From Pachysolen tannophilus NRRL Y-2460 (Eukaryota), in contig KV454014.1 of assembly GCA_001661245.1 (NCBI GenBank), positions 574,954 through 638,953 of the forward strand: DNA of 64,000 nucleotides. Reading direction: 5' to 3'. Below, one piece after another: positions 49,408 through 61,030 of the stretch (position 1 is its first letter; each line of letters opens with the position of its first letter). Under the pieces are notes generated by a model, which had not been told where the DNA came from, did no database searches, and saw nothing but the letters and a program-made list of their open reading frames with translations. The translations under genes were made by a program, and so were the position numbers.

Positions 49408-49732
49408 ATGATTGAGATTATATGTAATGATAGGTATGTGATAATAAAATAAATTTTACCATATTTAATTAGTTTTGATATAATATGATACTAATTATTT
49501 TTTTTTTTTTTTTTTTTAATTTAATTTGTAATTTAGATTAGGTAAAAAAATAAAAGTTAAATGCTTACCATCAGATACAATTGAAGATTTTAAAAAAATT
49601 TTATCTTTACAAATAGGTACTTCATTTGATAAAATTATATTGAAAAAAGGTTATACTATCTTTAAGAATCATATTACTTTAGAAGATTATGAAATACATG
49701 ATGGTATGAATTTAGAATTGTACTATAGTTAA
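49408..49732 (+). CDS. HUB1: Ubiquitin-like protein Hub1/UBL5; exons 49408-49433 and 49537-49732
   Basis: Spliced 73 aa: [29 protein letters not shown]...[17 protein letters not shown] (YY-x end). Absent from the ORF track. Confidence 0.95.
49434..49536 (+). other. Spliceosomal intron of HUB1 (103 nt)
   Basis: GTATGT donor, variant branch point TACTAAT at 49489-49495, TAG acceptor. Confidence 0.9.
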
Positions 49733-49888
49733 TAATAATGTTTATATAAATATACCAAATTTTTGAATTAAATTAAATTGAATTGTAAATTGTTAAAAAG
49801 GCTTTCTTTTTTGTTTACCTTTTCCGTTTTTGACTAATCTTTTTTTAAATTTTTTTAATATTATCTATATATATGATAATATGATAAT

Positions 49889-50362
49889 ATGATGATTGAT
49901 ACAGAGATGAATAATCAGGGAAAGAATAAGTTAAGAAAACTTAAATCTTTTGTTTATACAAAAGATGAGAATCGTATAAATATAAAATCTTGGCTAATTA
50001 AGAAAAAAGATGAACCAAAAAAATCTAATAATATTTCTAGTTATAGTACGAGTAATACAACTAATTCACAAAATAGCGGTTTTATAACAAGTTTACAATT
50101 TATTAATTATGTGATCCATAATAAAGATCATTTAATTTTTTATAAATTCATGTTAATACTATTAATCTTTATGATCTTTATAACGGTTATTATTTTAATT
50201 ATATTTAATTTAATCAATAATATTACTCAAAGTATAAATAAAGTTGCAGATAATACATCATTAGTATTTAAATGGTTTACAATAAATAACTTATTAGGAA
50301 ATTATAATACCTCAAATATAACAAATTGGGTACTGCAGAAAATGATATCATGGTTCTTTTAA
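49889..50362 (+). CDS. Uncharacterised membrane protein (157 aa)
   Basis: Basic N-terminus, one strong hydrophobic segment (FMLILLIFMIFITVIILIIF), amphipathic C-terminus. Confidence 0.6.
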   Translation: MMIDTEMNNQGKNKLRKLKSFVYTKDENRINIKSWLIKKKDEPKKSNNISSYSTSNTTNSQNSGFITSLQFINYVIHNKDHLIFYKFMLILLIFMIFITVIILIIFNLINNITQSINKVADNTSLVFKWFTINNLLGNYNTSNITNWVLQKMISWFF

Positions 50363-50648
50363 ATTTCATATAATTATATAATCATATTGTTGATTGGTTA
50401 ATGAATTGTATAGTTAAAAAAAATAATTTTTTTTTTGTAAGTAAAGTAAGCAAAAAATAAAAAAGAGAGAAAAAAATTTTTTTTTTTTTATTTCTTATCA
50501 ATAGATTTCATAATTATTTAATCAAGAGATTTCATTAATTATTTAATCAATAATTAGTTTATTAAAATTGTTTTTTTATTTTTTTTATTTTTTTTTAATT
50601 TTTTTTTTTCTCTCAACAAGTTATTTTGTTTAATTGTGTATTTTTATA

Positions 50649-51242
50649 ATGTCAGTTTCTCATCATGATGGTCCATTACCAAGTGAAGTTTTGAACTTAT
50701 TACAAACTGAAAGATTTGTTCATTTAGCAACTTGTAAAGATAACATTCCACATGTTTCGTTAATGAATTATACATATTTACCACCAAATGAATTATATGG
50801 AGGTTTATCAAGTACTATTAAAAATGAACCTTATCTTATATTAACAACTCCAACAAATACGAAAAAATTTGAAAATATTAAATCAAATAAAATAGTTTCA
50901 TTATTGATTCATGATTGGATAACTTCCAAAAAAAATTTGGAAACAAATGTATCATTTCAAAATGGCAATAATTCTGAATTGGAACAATCTTCATCATTAT
51001 TAAAGTTTTTACAAAATTTGAATCAATCAGAGTTATCACAATTTAGTGCTACCTTATTTGGTGAAGCAATTATCTTATCTAATGATGATGAATCAAGACA
51101 ATATTATAAAGAAAAACATTTAAGACTGAATCCAAGTGCAAAAGTCTTTATTGATGGTGATGATATCGCCATTATATTGGTCAAGATTATTAGTTCAAAA
51201 GTGGCTGATGCTCAAAATAATGTTAACGAATATAGTAACTAA
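50649..51242 (+). CDS. Pyridoxamine-5'-phosphate oxidase-like protein (YPR172W/YLR456W family)
   Basis: LPSEV, FVHLATC, PHVSLMNYTY, TKKFENI, VSLLIHDW; adjacent to VPS4 as in S. cerevisiae. Confidence 0.85.
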   Translation: MSVSHHDGPLPSEVLNLLQTERFVHLATCKDNIPHVSLMNYTYLPPNELYGGLSSTIKNEPYLILTTPTNTKKFENIKSNKIVSLLIHDWITSKKNLETNVSFQNGNNSELEQSSSLLKFLQNLNQSELSQFSATLFGEAIILSNDDESRQYYKEKHLRLNPSAKVFIDGDDIAIILVKIISSKVADAQNNVNEYSN

Positions 51243-51794
51243 ATAGACTTTTAACAAGTGAAATTGAATTTAATTAAAAAATTTATTTATTTATTTATTT
51301 AACTTGTATTGTTTCTTTTCTTTTTAAATCCAAACAAAAAAAACTTTGGTAAAAAATAAAAACATTAAAAATGAACATTTACTTCATCAATTTCAATAGT
51401 TTCTGATTTTTAACATTTCCAACCTTTACAGAGAGCTTCTTCTTCATCTTCGGCCTACCTGAATCATATGATCTTCAAATGGTGAACCATTTGGTTGGCG
51501 GGAAAAAATGTTAAAGGTCGTGTATTTTATTTGCAATTTCTTTTTTTGTTTTTCTTTTGACCTTGTAAACTAAATAAAACAGATAGAATTGATTGACCTT
51601 ATCAAAATGAAGTTAGTTAATTTTTAAGATTGATATTTTCAATTCAATTTATTAAATAATTTAAATAATTTTTTCTATTATCTTTCCCTTTATATTTGGT
51701 TATCAGTTACTTTGATAGAAGAATAGAAGTGAAATTTGGTAATCTTTTAAGAAAAAAAGAAAAAAAAACTAGATTTTATCTTCTTTTTTTTTCT

Positions 51795-51826
<32 letters not shown>

Positions 51827-52100
51827 NNNNNNNNNNNNNNNNNNNNNNNNNNNNNNNNNNNNNNNNNNNNNNNNNNNNNNNNNNNNNNNNNNNNNNNNNN
51901 NNNNNNNNNNNNNNNNNNNNNNNNNNNNNNNNNNNNNNNNNNNNNNNNNNNNNNNNNNNNNNNNNNNNNNNNNNNNNNNNNNNNNNNNNNNNNNNNNNNN
52001 NNNNNNNNNNNNNNNNNNNNNNNNNNNNNNNNNNNNNNNNNNNNNNNNNNNNNNNNNNNNNNNNNNNNNNNNNNNNNNNNNNNNNNNNNNNNNNNNNNNN
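51827..52100. other. Assembly gap (N run)
   Basis: Run of N between poly-T tracts. Confidence 1.
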
Positions 52101-52103
52101 CTA

Positions 52104-52158
<55 letters not shown>

Positions 52159-52206
52159 TTTTAAAAATTGAATTGTGTGTGTTGTTGTGAGGAAAATTAA
52201 GATAGA

Positions 52207-53526
52207 ATGTCTACTGGAGATTTTTTAACAAAAGGTATAGATTTAGTTCAAAAGGCAATTGAGGCTGATACAGCAACAAGGTATGAAGAAGCTTATAAAT
52301 TGTATTTCAATGGGTTGGATTATTTGATGTTAGCTTTAAAATATGAGAAAAATCCTAAATCAAAAGAATTAATAAAATCAAAATTTACAGAATATTTGAC
52401 AAGAGCAGAACAATTGAAAGATCATTTGGATAAAAAACAACTGCTGCAAAGTCAGCAACTGGAAAATTCTACTGGGAATGGTTCCACAAAGGCTAAAAAA
52501 AACGGTGGTTCTGATGAAAATGATGATGATGCTGAAACTAAAAAATTAAGAGGTGCTTTGAGTGGATCTATATTATCAGAGAAACCAGATGTCAAATGGG
52601 AAGATATTGCTGGGTTGGAAGCAGCTAAAGATGCATTGAAAGAAGCTGTTATACTTCCTGTTAAGTTTCCACATTTGTTTACAGGAAAGAGGAAACCAAC
52701 TTCAGGTATATTGTTATATGGTCCTCCAGGTACTGGTAAATCTTATTTAGCAAAAGCAGTAGCAACTGAAGCAAATTCAACTTTTTTCTCTGTATCATCA
52801 TCTGATTTGGTATCGAAATGGATGGGTGAATCTGAAAGATTAGTTAAACAATTGTTTAATATGGCTAGAGAAAATAAACCTTCAATCATATTTATAGATG
52901 AAATTGATGCTATATGTTCTGCTAGAGGTGAAGAGGATTCGGAAAGTTCTCGTAGAATTAAAACTGAAATATTGATTCAAATGCAAGGTGTTGGTAATGA
53001 TTCTTCAGGAGTACTAGTATTAGGTGCGACAAATTTACCTTGGAATATAGATAGCGCCGTAAGAAGAAGATTTGAAAAAAGAATTTATATTCCATTACCA
53101 GACGTTGAAGCAAGAACTGATTTGTTCAAATTAAACATAGGCAATACTCCATGTAAGTTGGAACCACATGATTATAAAATATTAGCAGAAATGACTCAAG
53201 GCTATTCGGGTCATGATGTTGCTGTTTCTGTAAGAGACGCGTTAATGCAACCAATCAGAAAAATTCAAACCGCAACACATTTCAAACGTATCCCCGTTAC
53301 TTTAGAAGATGGATCCATAAAGGAAAAATACATACCGTGTTCCCCAGGAGATCAAGGTGCTGTAGAGATGAATTGGATGGATATTGAGAGTGATGAATTA
53401 CAAGAACCGGAATTAACAATCAAAGATTTCATCAAGGCTGTCAAGTCCACAAGACCAACTGTTAATAAAGATGATATAATGAAACATGAAAAGTTCACCA
53501 GTGACTTTGGACAGGAAGGAAACTAG
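52207..53526 (+). CDS. VPS4: AAA ATPase Vps4
   Basis: MIT domain [33 protein letters not shown]; ends DFGQEGN. Confidence 0.98.
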   Translation: MSTGDFLTKGIDLVQKAIEADTATRYEEAYKLYFNGLDYLMLALKYEKNPKSKELIKSKFTEYLTRAEQLKDHLDKKQLLQSQQLENSTGNGSTKAKKNGGSDENDDDAETKKLRGALSGSILSEKPDVKWEDIAGLEAAKDALKEAVILPVKFPHLFTGKRKPTSGILLYGPPGTGKSYLAKAVATEANSTFFSVSSSDLVSKWMGESERLVKQLFNMARENKPSIIFIDEIDAICSARGEEDSESSRRIKTEILIQMQGVGNDSSGVLVLGATNLPWNIDSAVRRRFEKRIYIPLPDVEARTDLFKLNIGNTPCKLEPHDYKILAEMTQGYSGHDVAVSVRDALMQPIRKIQTATHFKRIPVTLEDGSIKEKYIPCSPGDQGAVEMNWMDIESDELQEPELTIKDFIKAVKSTRPTVNKDDIMKHEKFTSDFGQEGN

Positions 53527-54363
53527 ATTATTAAAATCTTGTCTTTCAAAGTTATTAGAAAATTTTTGTTTTTGTTTTTCTTCTTGTTGTTGTTACCGTT
53601 ATCATTGTTTGTTTGTTTGTTTGTTTTTTTTTGTTTTGTTTTTTTTTGGTCTTTTATATTTTTACTCGCTCCTTCTACTATATCTTGGGCAACTATATAA
53701 TGACCCTGATTTCTGAAATAAATCAATCCTATTAGAAACATGTTTAAAGTGATAATTTGTAAATTCTATCTTGTATCTTGTTATATATTAAGTAGTTCAA
53801 AAAGTCGTTTACCTTCGCTAGTTTTTGATGCATTTTTTAATTTATTTCGATACATGAAAAATTTTGGAAATATACTGTAGAGAATAAAAAACCAGTGTTA
53901 AGAAGTTAGATAACTTTTGAGGTGAAAACATCAATCTCGATCTTTAAAGTTCCAGCAATTGGAAAGCTGATGATATATTGACGTGACTGGGCTTTAGTGA
54001 AATTTTAGTGAATAAATCGATGGATTGCAATTTTAGTATAACGTTAAAATTGAGAAATAATCTGTTTGCATATCATATATAAAAAGTAAACGCTCGAATA
54101 AAGAGAGAAATATAGATCGAGCTTTATAACTATACTGGGATTTTTAAAGATAATTTTTTTTAAATTTTGATTTTAAAAAGTGTTTTCGAAAGTGTGTTGA
54201 AGAGAGGTGATCAAACGTGAAGGAAGTTTTGAATTTCCAAAAAGGACAAGAAAGTTAGAAACGTAAAAAAGAAGAGATTGATTGATTGCATAGTGTTATA
54301 TAATATTAGTACTCAGTGTAGCAATTAATACCGTGAACTATAATTTTATATTGAATATTCAGA

Positions 54364-57300
54364 ATGGATTCCAAGTTGAAAATATTTTCACTGAATGATT
54401 CTTCCAGTTTGTTCAAATTGACTAAGAAGCTTTATACTCAAGGATTTTTCAATTGTTACTTGTCATCTCAACAATTTAATCTCTTGGAAGTAATAATACA
54501 AAGTACCGACAATTCTGTTGAAAGTTTATCAAATAGAAAGAATTTGCAACTATGGGAAGAATTCATGAGTGGGAATGTGTTTTTAAAATTTGTAAATAAT
54601 AAAGAACACGAAAAAGTGAATAAAGCTGGTGTTGAAACGGAAGGAGAGCCTCAAACAATCGTGGATGGTAATATAGACGATGATATAGAATTGAATTTAA
54701 ATAAAGGAGTGAAGTCAGCCAGAAATTTAGCTTCTACGATAAGGTACTTGCTATGGGAGAAGGCGTTGGATTTTTATTATGCCCATAAGGTAAATAATAA
54801 TAATACTAATACTAACAATAATAACAACAATACCACAATTACTACTGTTAGAAGTAACGGAAATATCGAAGATGAAGATGATTATAAACTTTTTGAGGAT
54901 TTAACAGACGATGAATCTAATGAGTCAGACGGAAAGGTTCTGCTGGAGAAGCAGGATAATGCAAATGTAGAAAATAAGGTTATCGGTGAATCTAACAGAA
55001 ATGAGGATGACGATTACGATGACGATGACGATGATGAAGACGAACACGAAAAAGATGAAAAAGATCAAGATGGGGAATCTAATGACTCAAATGAAAATAA
55101 AAATGGTATATTACCAACAAACGATGAAATAAAAACAATTGAGTATAAGTATAATTCTACAGGTGAATTGATACTTGAAGTACCTTTAAAAATCATCTTA
55201 GCAGAACCTAAATATCCAATGGCTAATAATGAGATTAAAACGGTTGGTGAAACTAATATTGCTCCGAGCATATTGGGTCCTTCATCAGTGATAGAATCTG
55301 ATTTTGAAAAAAAAAATGAATTGAAGTTAATAAAAAATTTCAACAAAATATACCATAATTTTGAAAACGATCAAAGGAACTTTATCAAAAGAAGGAAATT
55401 AGAAGAAAGCGATAAAAAACTAGAAAGCATCAATAAGTCGAAAAAACATGATAGTAATGATAAGAATATGTATAATATCAACAATTTTGGTTCTAATAAT
55501 GATAATCAAGAAAACAGTGATGGGAATGATCACGAAAATAATGTGAACAAGTTGTTAAATTTTGGTGGTGCAGCAAATTTGTCATTGAAAAATTTGTTGA
55601 ATAGAATTGATGAAAATAGAGACAAATTACATTTGACAGATTTGGAATTAAGAAATTTAATTTTGGATGTTCGCAAAAACAGATCCAAGTGGACTAGTGA
55701 TGATAAAATTGGTCAAGAAGAATTGTATGAAGCATGTGAAAAGGTTGTTTTAGAATTACGTGGTTATACTGAACACTCAACAGCTTTTTTGAATAAAGTT
55801 TCAAAACGTGAAGCTCCAAATTATTATCAAGTTATTAAACACCCAATGGATTTGAATACTGTGATGAAGAAATTGAAGGCATTTCAATATAAAAATAAAC
55901 AGCAGTTTGTTGATGACTTAATGTTGATTTGGAAAAATTGTCTTACTTATAATTCTGATCCTAATCACTTTTTAAGAGCTCATGCAATTGCAATGCAGAA
56001 AAAAACATTGGGTTTAATACCTTTGATTCCTGATATTACTATTAGAGATAGGGCTGAAGTCGAAAAAGAAGAGCAAGAATTAAATAAAGAAGATGATAAA
56101 GAGAGCAATGAAACTAAAAAAGGTACTGGAGCCTCGAAATCAACAAGGGGTGCTGTAAGTAGTTCCACTAAAAGCAGTAAGATTCCTAAAAAAGGTAGAA
56201 AACGTTCAAGAGACGGTGACGATATGAATGAAACAGCTGCTACCGAAACAAATAAAGTAGAAGAAGAAAAGGAAGAAAGTTCCATTGCAACAACCCCCCT
56301 ACCAATCACTCCTTCTACAACTGAAACACCTAATATACAGACAGCGCCAGCAGTATCATCGCTAATAAGTCTGCTGCAGTTGCTGAGAGAAAATTCCACC
56401 GATACCCCAATGCTGGATGAGAATGATGAAGATGAAGAAGAAGAAGAAAATAATGGAAATGACCAAGTAGACGATGATGATGACGATGAAGATTTGGAAA
56501 TTCAGACTTGGAAGACATTGACTTCAAATACAAGGTATAAGATTTGTTCCAAGAGATCGGCATTGTTTAAAGACAACAAATTGCAACCGAATAATGAAGC
56601 TTTATTGAGAGATGCTGAGCAGATGTCAAATTTCAGTAATTACCTTGGAGATGAAGATGGCATTATATTCAACACTAATAGAATACAAAATTTTGATCGG
56701 AACGAGCATAATGATCCTTACTTGATTGAATATGATGTTACTGGTGGTATACCCAGTATACCATTTCAAGGTAAAGTAACCAATGATTTGGAAGATGAAC
56801 TGGAAAATTCATTAGTTGAAAAATTTTTAAAGGAGAACCACGATATTTCGAATTTGAAAAGTTCGCCATTTCTTCCCTCAAAGAATGGTCTTTCAAGAAA
56901 TTTTGTTGAAAACATTTCTTTAATGCAAGAAATTAGAAAAATTTGTTTTAAAATCTCGTTAATAAAACAAATGCAGAACCAGTCATTTGTACATCATACT
57001 CAAATGAAAGCTCCAGAAATTGAAAAAATTCAGGACATTGATATAGATCCGATATCGATATTGGATGAGCCTAATAGAGATTACTTTAATAGAGAAGTTT
57101 GTTATAATTCTTTAAAAAGAAATGTTTCCAAGATCTTGATGGCCAATGGTTTTGAAGTCACAGACCCTTTTTGTGTTGATATAATGACGCAATTGGCTGA
57201 AGACTATATGGGTAATTTAATAAAATCTATTAAATTACACGCAGAATCCCAGTCTATTAATAAACAACAAGAAAATAAGTTGTCAAACAGACAAATTCTC

Positions 57301-58131
57301 TTGCTATCATTATTGGAAAATGGTGTTGAAAAACCTGACAATTTGTATACTTATATAAAAGAGAACATTTTGAAACAAACAACCAAACTCAAAGATCTCA
57401 AGTCAAAGATGACAAGTTTTTTGAAGGATTTGTTGAGACCTGGTTTTCAGGAATCCTTGGGTGAAAATTCATTTACGGATAATAGTAATCAGTACCTTAC
57501 AGGTGATTTTGCTAGTGAAATCGGCGATGACTTCTTTGGTTTCAGAGAACTTGGCTTAGACAAGGAATTTGGTTTACTAAGTTCAAGTATACCCTTACAT
57601 TTGTTGCATGCTCGTTTGCACAATTCATTCTTAGGTGAAGGATTAACAACTTCAAAAGTTAGGTACGAAGATATAGTTTCCTTGGAGTATCCAAAGCTAA
57701 CAAACAAGGACATTGATAAGCAGATAGGTTTATTGAAACCATTTTATAAAGATTTATTAGAAAAATCCAAAAGTTTTTATTCAAAACAGAGAAAGACTGA
57801 AGAACAAAATGGAAGTGATAGTCTGGACAAAGTGGACAAACCTGTTTTGAAGACAGATAATGCAGTCGATAACGAAGACACAATCAAGTTAGTTGAAGAT
57901 GAAGAATTGCCTAATAAACAAAGAAATAACAGACCTAGAATTCCGCCAACTGGTAAAATTCCTGGACTTAAAAAGAAACTAATTACTAGTAGTTTGTTTT
58001 TAAAAAGAGAATCTAATATTGATCAACATGAAAATGATGAGAATAGTGACAAGTACAAGAATTATGGTAATACTACAAATATGATTAATGGTCTAATGTT
58101 ACCTGTTAATGGATCTACTACTGCACACTGA
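54364..58131 (+). CDS. SPT7: SAGA subunit Spt7 (bromodomain and histone fold)
   Basis: DVRKNRSKW, IGQEELYEACEKV, bromodomain FLNKVSKREAPNYY...IWKNCLTYN, GDDFFGFRELGLD. Confidence 0.95.
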   Translation: MDSKLKIFSLNDSSSLFKLTKKLYTQGFFNCYLSSQQFNLLEVIIQSTDNSVESLSNRKNLQLWEEFMSGNVFLKFVNNKEHEKVNKAGVETEGEPQTIVDGNIDDDIELNLNKGVKSARNLASTIRYLLWEKALDFYYAHKVNNNNTNTNNNNNNTTITTVRSNGNIEDEDDYKLFEDLTDDESNESDGKVLLEKQDNANVENKVIGESNRNEDDDYDDDDDDEDEHEKDEKDQDGESNDSNENKNGILPTNDEIKTIEYKYNSTGELILEVPLKIILAEPKYPMANNEIKTVGETNIAPSILGPSSVIESDFEKKNELKLIKNFNKIYHNFENDQRNFIKRRKLEESDKKLESINKSKKHDSNDKNMYNINNFGSNNDNQENSDGNDHENNVNKLLNFGGAANLSLKNLLNRIDENRDKLHLTDLELRNLILDVRKNRSKWTSDDKIGQEELYEACEKVVLELRGYTEHSTAFLNKVSKREAPNYYQVIKHPMDLNTVMKKLKAFQYKNKQQFVDDLMLIWKNCLTYNSDPNHFLRAHAIAMQKKTLGLIPLIPDITIRDRAEVEKEEQELNKEDDKESNETKKGTGASKSTRGAVSSSTKSSKIPKKGRKRSRDGDDMNETAATETNKVEEEKEESSIATTPLPITPSTTETPNIQTAPAVSSLISLLQLLRENSTDTPMLDENDEDEEEEENNGNDQVDDDDDDEDLEIQTWKTLTSNTRYKICSKRSALFKDNKLQPNNEALLRDAEQMSNFSNYLGDEDGIIFNTNRIQNFDRNEHNDPYLIEYDVTGGIPSIPFQGKVTNDLEDELENSLVEKFLKENHDISNLKSSPFLPSKNGLSRNFVENISLMQEIRKICFKISLIKQMQNQSFVHHTQMKAPEIEKIQDIDIDPISILDEPNRDYFNREVCYNSLKRNVSKILMANGFEVTDPFCVDIMTQLAEDYMGNLIKSIKLHAESQSINKQQENKLSNRQILLLSLLENGVEKPDNLYTYIKENILKQTTKLKDLKSKMTSFLKDLLRPGFQESLGENSFTDNSNQYLTGDFASEIGDDFFGFRELGLDKEFGLLSSSIPLHLLHARLHNSFLGEGLTTSKVRYEDIVSLEYPKLTNKDIDKQIGLLKPFYKDLLEKSKSFYSKQRKTEEQNGSDSLDKVDKPVLKTDNAVDNEDTIKLVEDEELPNKQRNNRPRIPPTGKIPGLKKKLITSSLFLKRESNIDQHENDENSDKYKNYGNTTNMINGLMLPVNGSTTAH

Positions 58132-58343
58132 AATGAACGCTATTAAGATTGTTTTATGTAAAAAATTTATTATGTTATTTATGACTTTTGCTACAGGTGT
58201 TCCAAGTGTTTTTGTTTTTTTTTTTCTGTTTAAAGCTCTGGTTCATCCAACCTTTTAAATTACCATTCTTTGTATTATTTTTAAGTCAGTCCGTTAAAGT
58301 AGAAGGGAGATAAACCTTTAATCATTAGTTTTTAGATTTTAAA

Positions 58344-59771
58344 TCAAAGTAAGGAACCAACGTATCGAACGCCATTATATACAATGAAATTTCCCAATAC
58401 CACCTCAGTTGCTCCAACACCAGTGCCGTAATATTCTTTATTTTCTTTTATTTTAATCTCCAGTTGTTCTTCTTCCTCATATGGCTCTTTACCAAACTTC
58501 ACCCATGCCTCTCCATTGTTGAATTGTAATTCAAAAGTATCAAGAAAATTACCATACAAATCAAATATTTTAGAAACATACACAAAATTATCCTTTGGTG
58601 TGATAGTCATTAGTGAAGATTGCTCTTTATAAAGTGGACTCTGTTGATCAATATTTTCATTTTTCAATTTTGGAGATAATGTGAGCCAAATATATTTAGG
58701 AAGTTTTAATCTATGTGACTCAATTGCTGAGAAAAATGATTGTATGATATCATTACGTAAAACCTCATTTGTTACAGTAATTTTGCTAGTAATGAAAGCC
58801 GATGGGCCAGTTGATGCCTTTTTCAGATCAATTCTAAACAAATTATTTCCAAATGATTCTAAATTATACTCCACTAGATTTATCTTTGCGTGGCCAGGGT
58901 TTACATTTTCCATTTTTTGTTTCTCATTCACTCCACTTTCAATTAAGTTACAAGCTATATCGTATGACTGAACTCTTTTAGATTCGAAAAAACTGTCATC
59001 GCATAATTCTGGTAAAGAAATTTCAATTTGATATTGACAAGTTCTTATTTCATAAATGCCTTCAATTTTTGGATATTCTGAATTTTTGGCACATTTATAT
59101 TGAATAAAAGTAGATCTTGGTTTATTAGTTATATCACATAAAGTTCCATCTGTAATAAATTGCGATATATAAGTGTTTAAATTATCATCATCATAATTCC
59201 CATTACTTTTCACAAGTTCAAAATTATCCATTTCGAAATTTGTACTGATCATACCTAATTTATAAGATGGAACATTTGGATCAGGTTTGAAAATTTTATT
59301 TTTAATCACGTCTTCCTGCGAAGGATGAAATTGATTTATCTGATTATTAAAGCAAAAAGAATAAGTCCAATAGCCTAACACATAATAAATGCATGGTATG
59401 CCTTTAGCATACAGTCTGTGTATCAATTGTAATTTTTTAACTAAACGCATCTTTTCGTTCTTCAATGTATTATTCAGAGGATCAAAACCTCCACTAAAAA
59501 TCAAATCATTTTCCTCTAACCTTTCTTTCTCCAATGACAATGTATACTCCAAAGTTGGAATTACACATAAATAGTCTTTCTCAGAGTATCTAATAACTTC
59601 ATAAGTATAATTCGATGGCCATTCATCTTTTAAATAATGCTCAACATCTTTCTCCAGTATTTTAGAATTATCATCATACACTATTTGATATTTTGAAGAC
59701 AACTCATCTAAAGACCTTAATCCTTGGACCACTTGTAACAAAAAAATCAATAGCGGAAATACACACAACAT
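58344..59771 (-). CDS. YOS9: ER quality-control lectin Yos9/OS-9 (MRH domain)
   Basis: ATG at 59771 with signal peptide; YLCVIP, GYWTYSFC..QFH, GTLCDITNKPR, EIRTCQY...PELC. Confidence 0.85.
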   Translation of the reverse strand: MLCVFPLLIFLLQVVQGLRSLDELSSKYQIVYDDNSKILEKDVEHYLKDEWPSNYTYEVIRYSEKDYLCVIPTLEYTLSLEKERLEENDLIFSGGFDPLNNTLKNEKMRLVKKLQLIHRLYAKGIPCIYYVLGYWTYSFCFNNQINQFHPSQEDVIKNKIFKPDPNVPSYKLGMISTNFEMDNFELVKSNGNYDDDNLNTYISQFITDGTLCDITNKPRSTFIQYKCAKNSEYPKIEGIYEIRTCQYQIEISLPELCDDSFFESKRVQSYDIACNLIESGVNEKQKMENVNPGHAKINLVEYNLESFGNNLFRIDLKKASTGPSAFITSKITVTNEVLRNDIIQSFFSAIESHRLKLPKYIWLTLSPKLKNENIDQQSPLYKEQSSLMTITPKDNFVYVSKIFDLYGNFLDTFELQFNNGEAWVKFGKEPYEEEEQLEIKIKENKEYYGTGVGATEVVLGNFIVYNGVRYVGSLL

Positions 59772-60096
59772 TTCATCAACAACAACAAAAGTGATTAAGC
59801 AACTATAATCTCTTTGACAATGCCACACCTAGTTTTAGTTTTACTTGTTAATTGTTAATTGTTAACTGTTATCTAAGTAAACCGCTCGCTTACTATTTAA
59901 TTCATCTTTCTTTCTTTCTTTCTGTACCAATGCGGAGAAAAATAAGGTTTTCCTTTTCCTTCTCTATATCCTACTAGGAGATTAAAATTTTACAAAACGG
60001 AGAACTTTTGTTTTTGTTTTTTGCATTTCGCTATAATGCGGTAAAAAGGTATACATAATCTACATCTCTATAATTATTTGTGTTTTTGTAGGAGCA

Positions 60097-60831
60097 ATGC
60101 TTTGTTTAAAACTGTTACTAATAGCGTCAATAGTTCAAGTGTGTTTTTGTTTTCATTTATCCACTGAGAGGGCTTACCGCCTAGGGCTATTAGAGTTGTC
60201 GGGTGAGAATGGACAAGACGTAATTCCCTTTGGTGAATTGATTTATGACAAAGAATCAGGATGGTCTTTAAAAAATCAATTAATTGATGATATTTTACAA
60301 AAGGAAAGTGATACCAAATATTGTCTTGGGATTGAAATTGGACCTGAAACTTCAGATTTCAATTGTTTAAACTATAAGCAAGTTACAAGAAATGAACGTT
60401 TGACGATTATCACGGGTGCCAACGATACGATTGAATCTATAAGTTTAATAACTTCTAACCATGAGAAAGAAAATTATGAGAATTCTAACGGCGGCATACA
60501 ATTGATCACTCAAAGGGCCAAATTGGGTGCAACACCACAACTAGTAACGCAGAAAAAGATCAACCGTCCAATTGATAAAGAGACCACTACAGGTAGCACT
60601 TCTAATAATGATGAAGAAAAAACACAAGAAGTAAGTACTAATTAATGTCTACAAAACAAACAAAACTACCTTAGCGCCATTTGCAGAATACTAACTTTTT
60701 TTTTCTCTTTTTATGATACCTAGGAACCGGAAAAATCCTTTATCCAGAAATATTGGATGTACATAATACCGCCCTTGATGATACTATTAGTCTTCAGTAC
60801 TGATCAACCAGCTCAAGGTTCTTCTAGATAA
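60097..60831 (+). CDS. EMC10: ER membrane complex subunit Emc10; exons 60097-60630 and 60724-60831
   Basis: Signal peptide and luminal domain; spliced tail EPEKSFIQKYWMYIIPPLMILLVF carries the EMC10 KYWMYI TM motif; divergent from YOS9 as in S. cerevisiae. Confidence 0.88.
60631..60723 (+). other. Spliceosomal intron of EMC10 (93 nt, 3'-located)
   Basis: GTAAGT donor, TACTAAC at 60689-60695, TAG acceptor; splicing joins the TM exon in frame. Confidence 0.92.
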
Positions 60832-60890
60832 TACTAAGTTCTTTAGATTAGTATTGTGGTAGTGTATGTAAGACCCAACTTTTGAATCTT

Positions 60891-60975
60891 CCGGGTAAGT
60901 GTTACCAAGAAAAATAAAAAATAAAAAAAATTTTCAGTCAACAGTGGTGGACTCTAAATACAACAGAAAAAATCT

Positions 60976-61026
<51 letters not shown>
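60891..61026. promoter_or_regulatory. Reb1-type site, RRPE-like element and long poly(dA) tract upstream of NIP1
   Basis: CCGGGTAA at 60891-60898; AAAATTTTCA near 60927-60936; A-run at about 60977-61026. Confidence 0.55.

Positions 61027-61030
<4 letters not shown>

Noticed and set aside
59772..59828. Non-AUG upstream extensions for YOS9, CFEM (29082), TRP4 (42100), PNPO-like (50634) and 24167
   Set aside because: They are short or lack targeting-peptide character, and the downstream ATG gives a proper N-terminus, unlike ZTA1.
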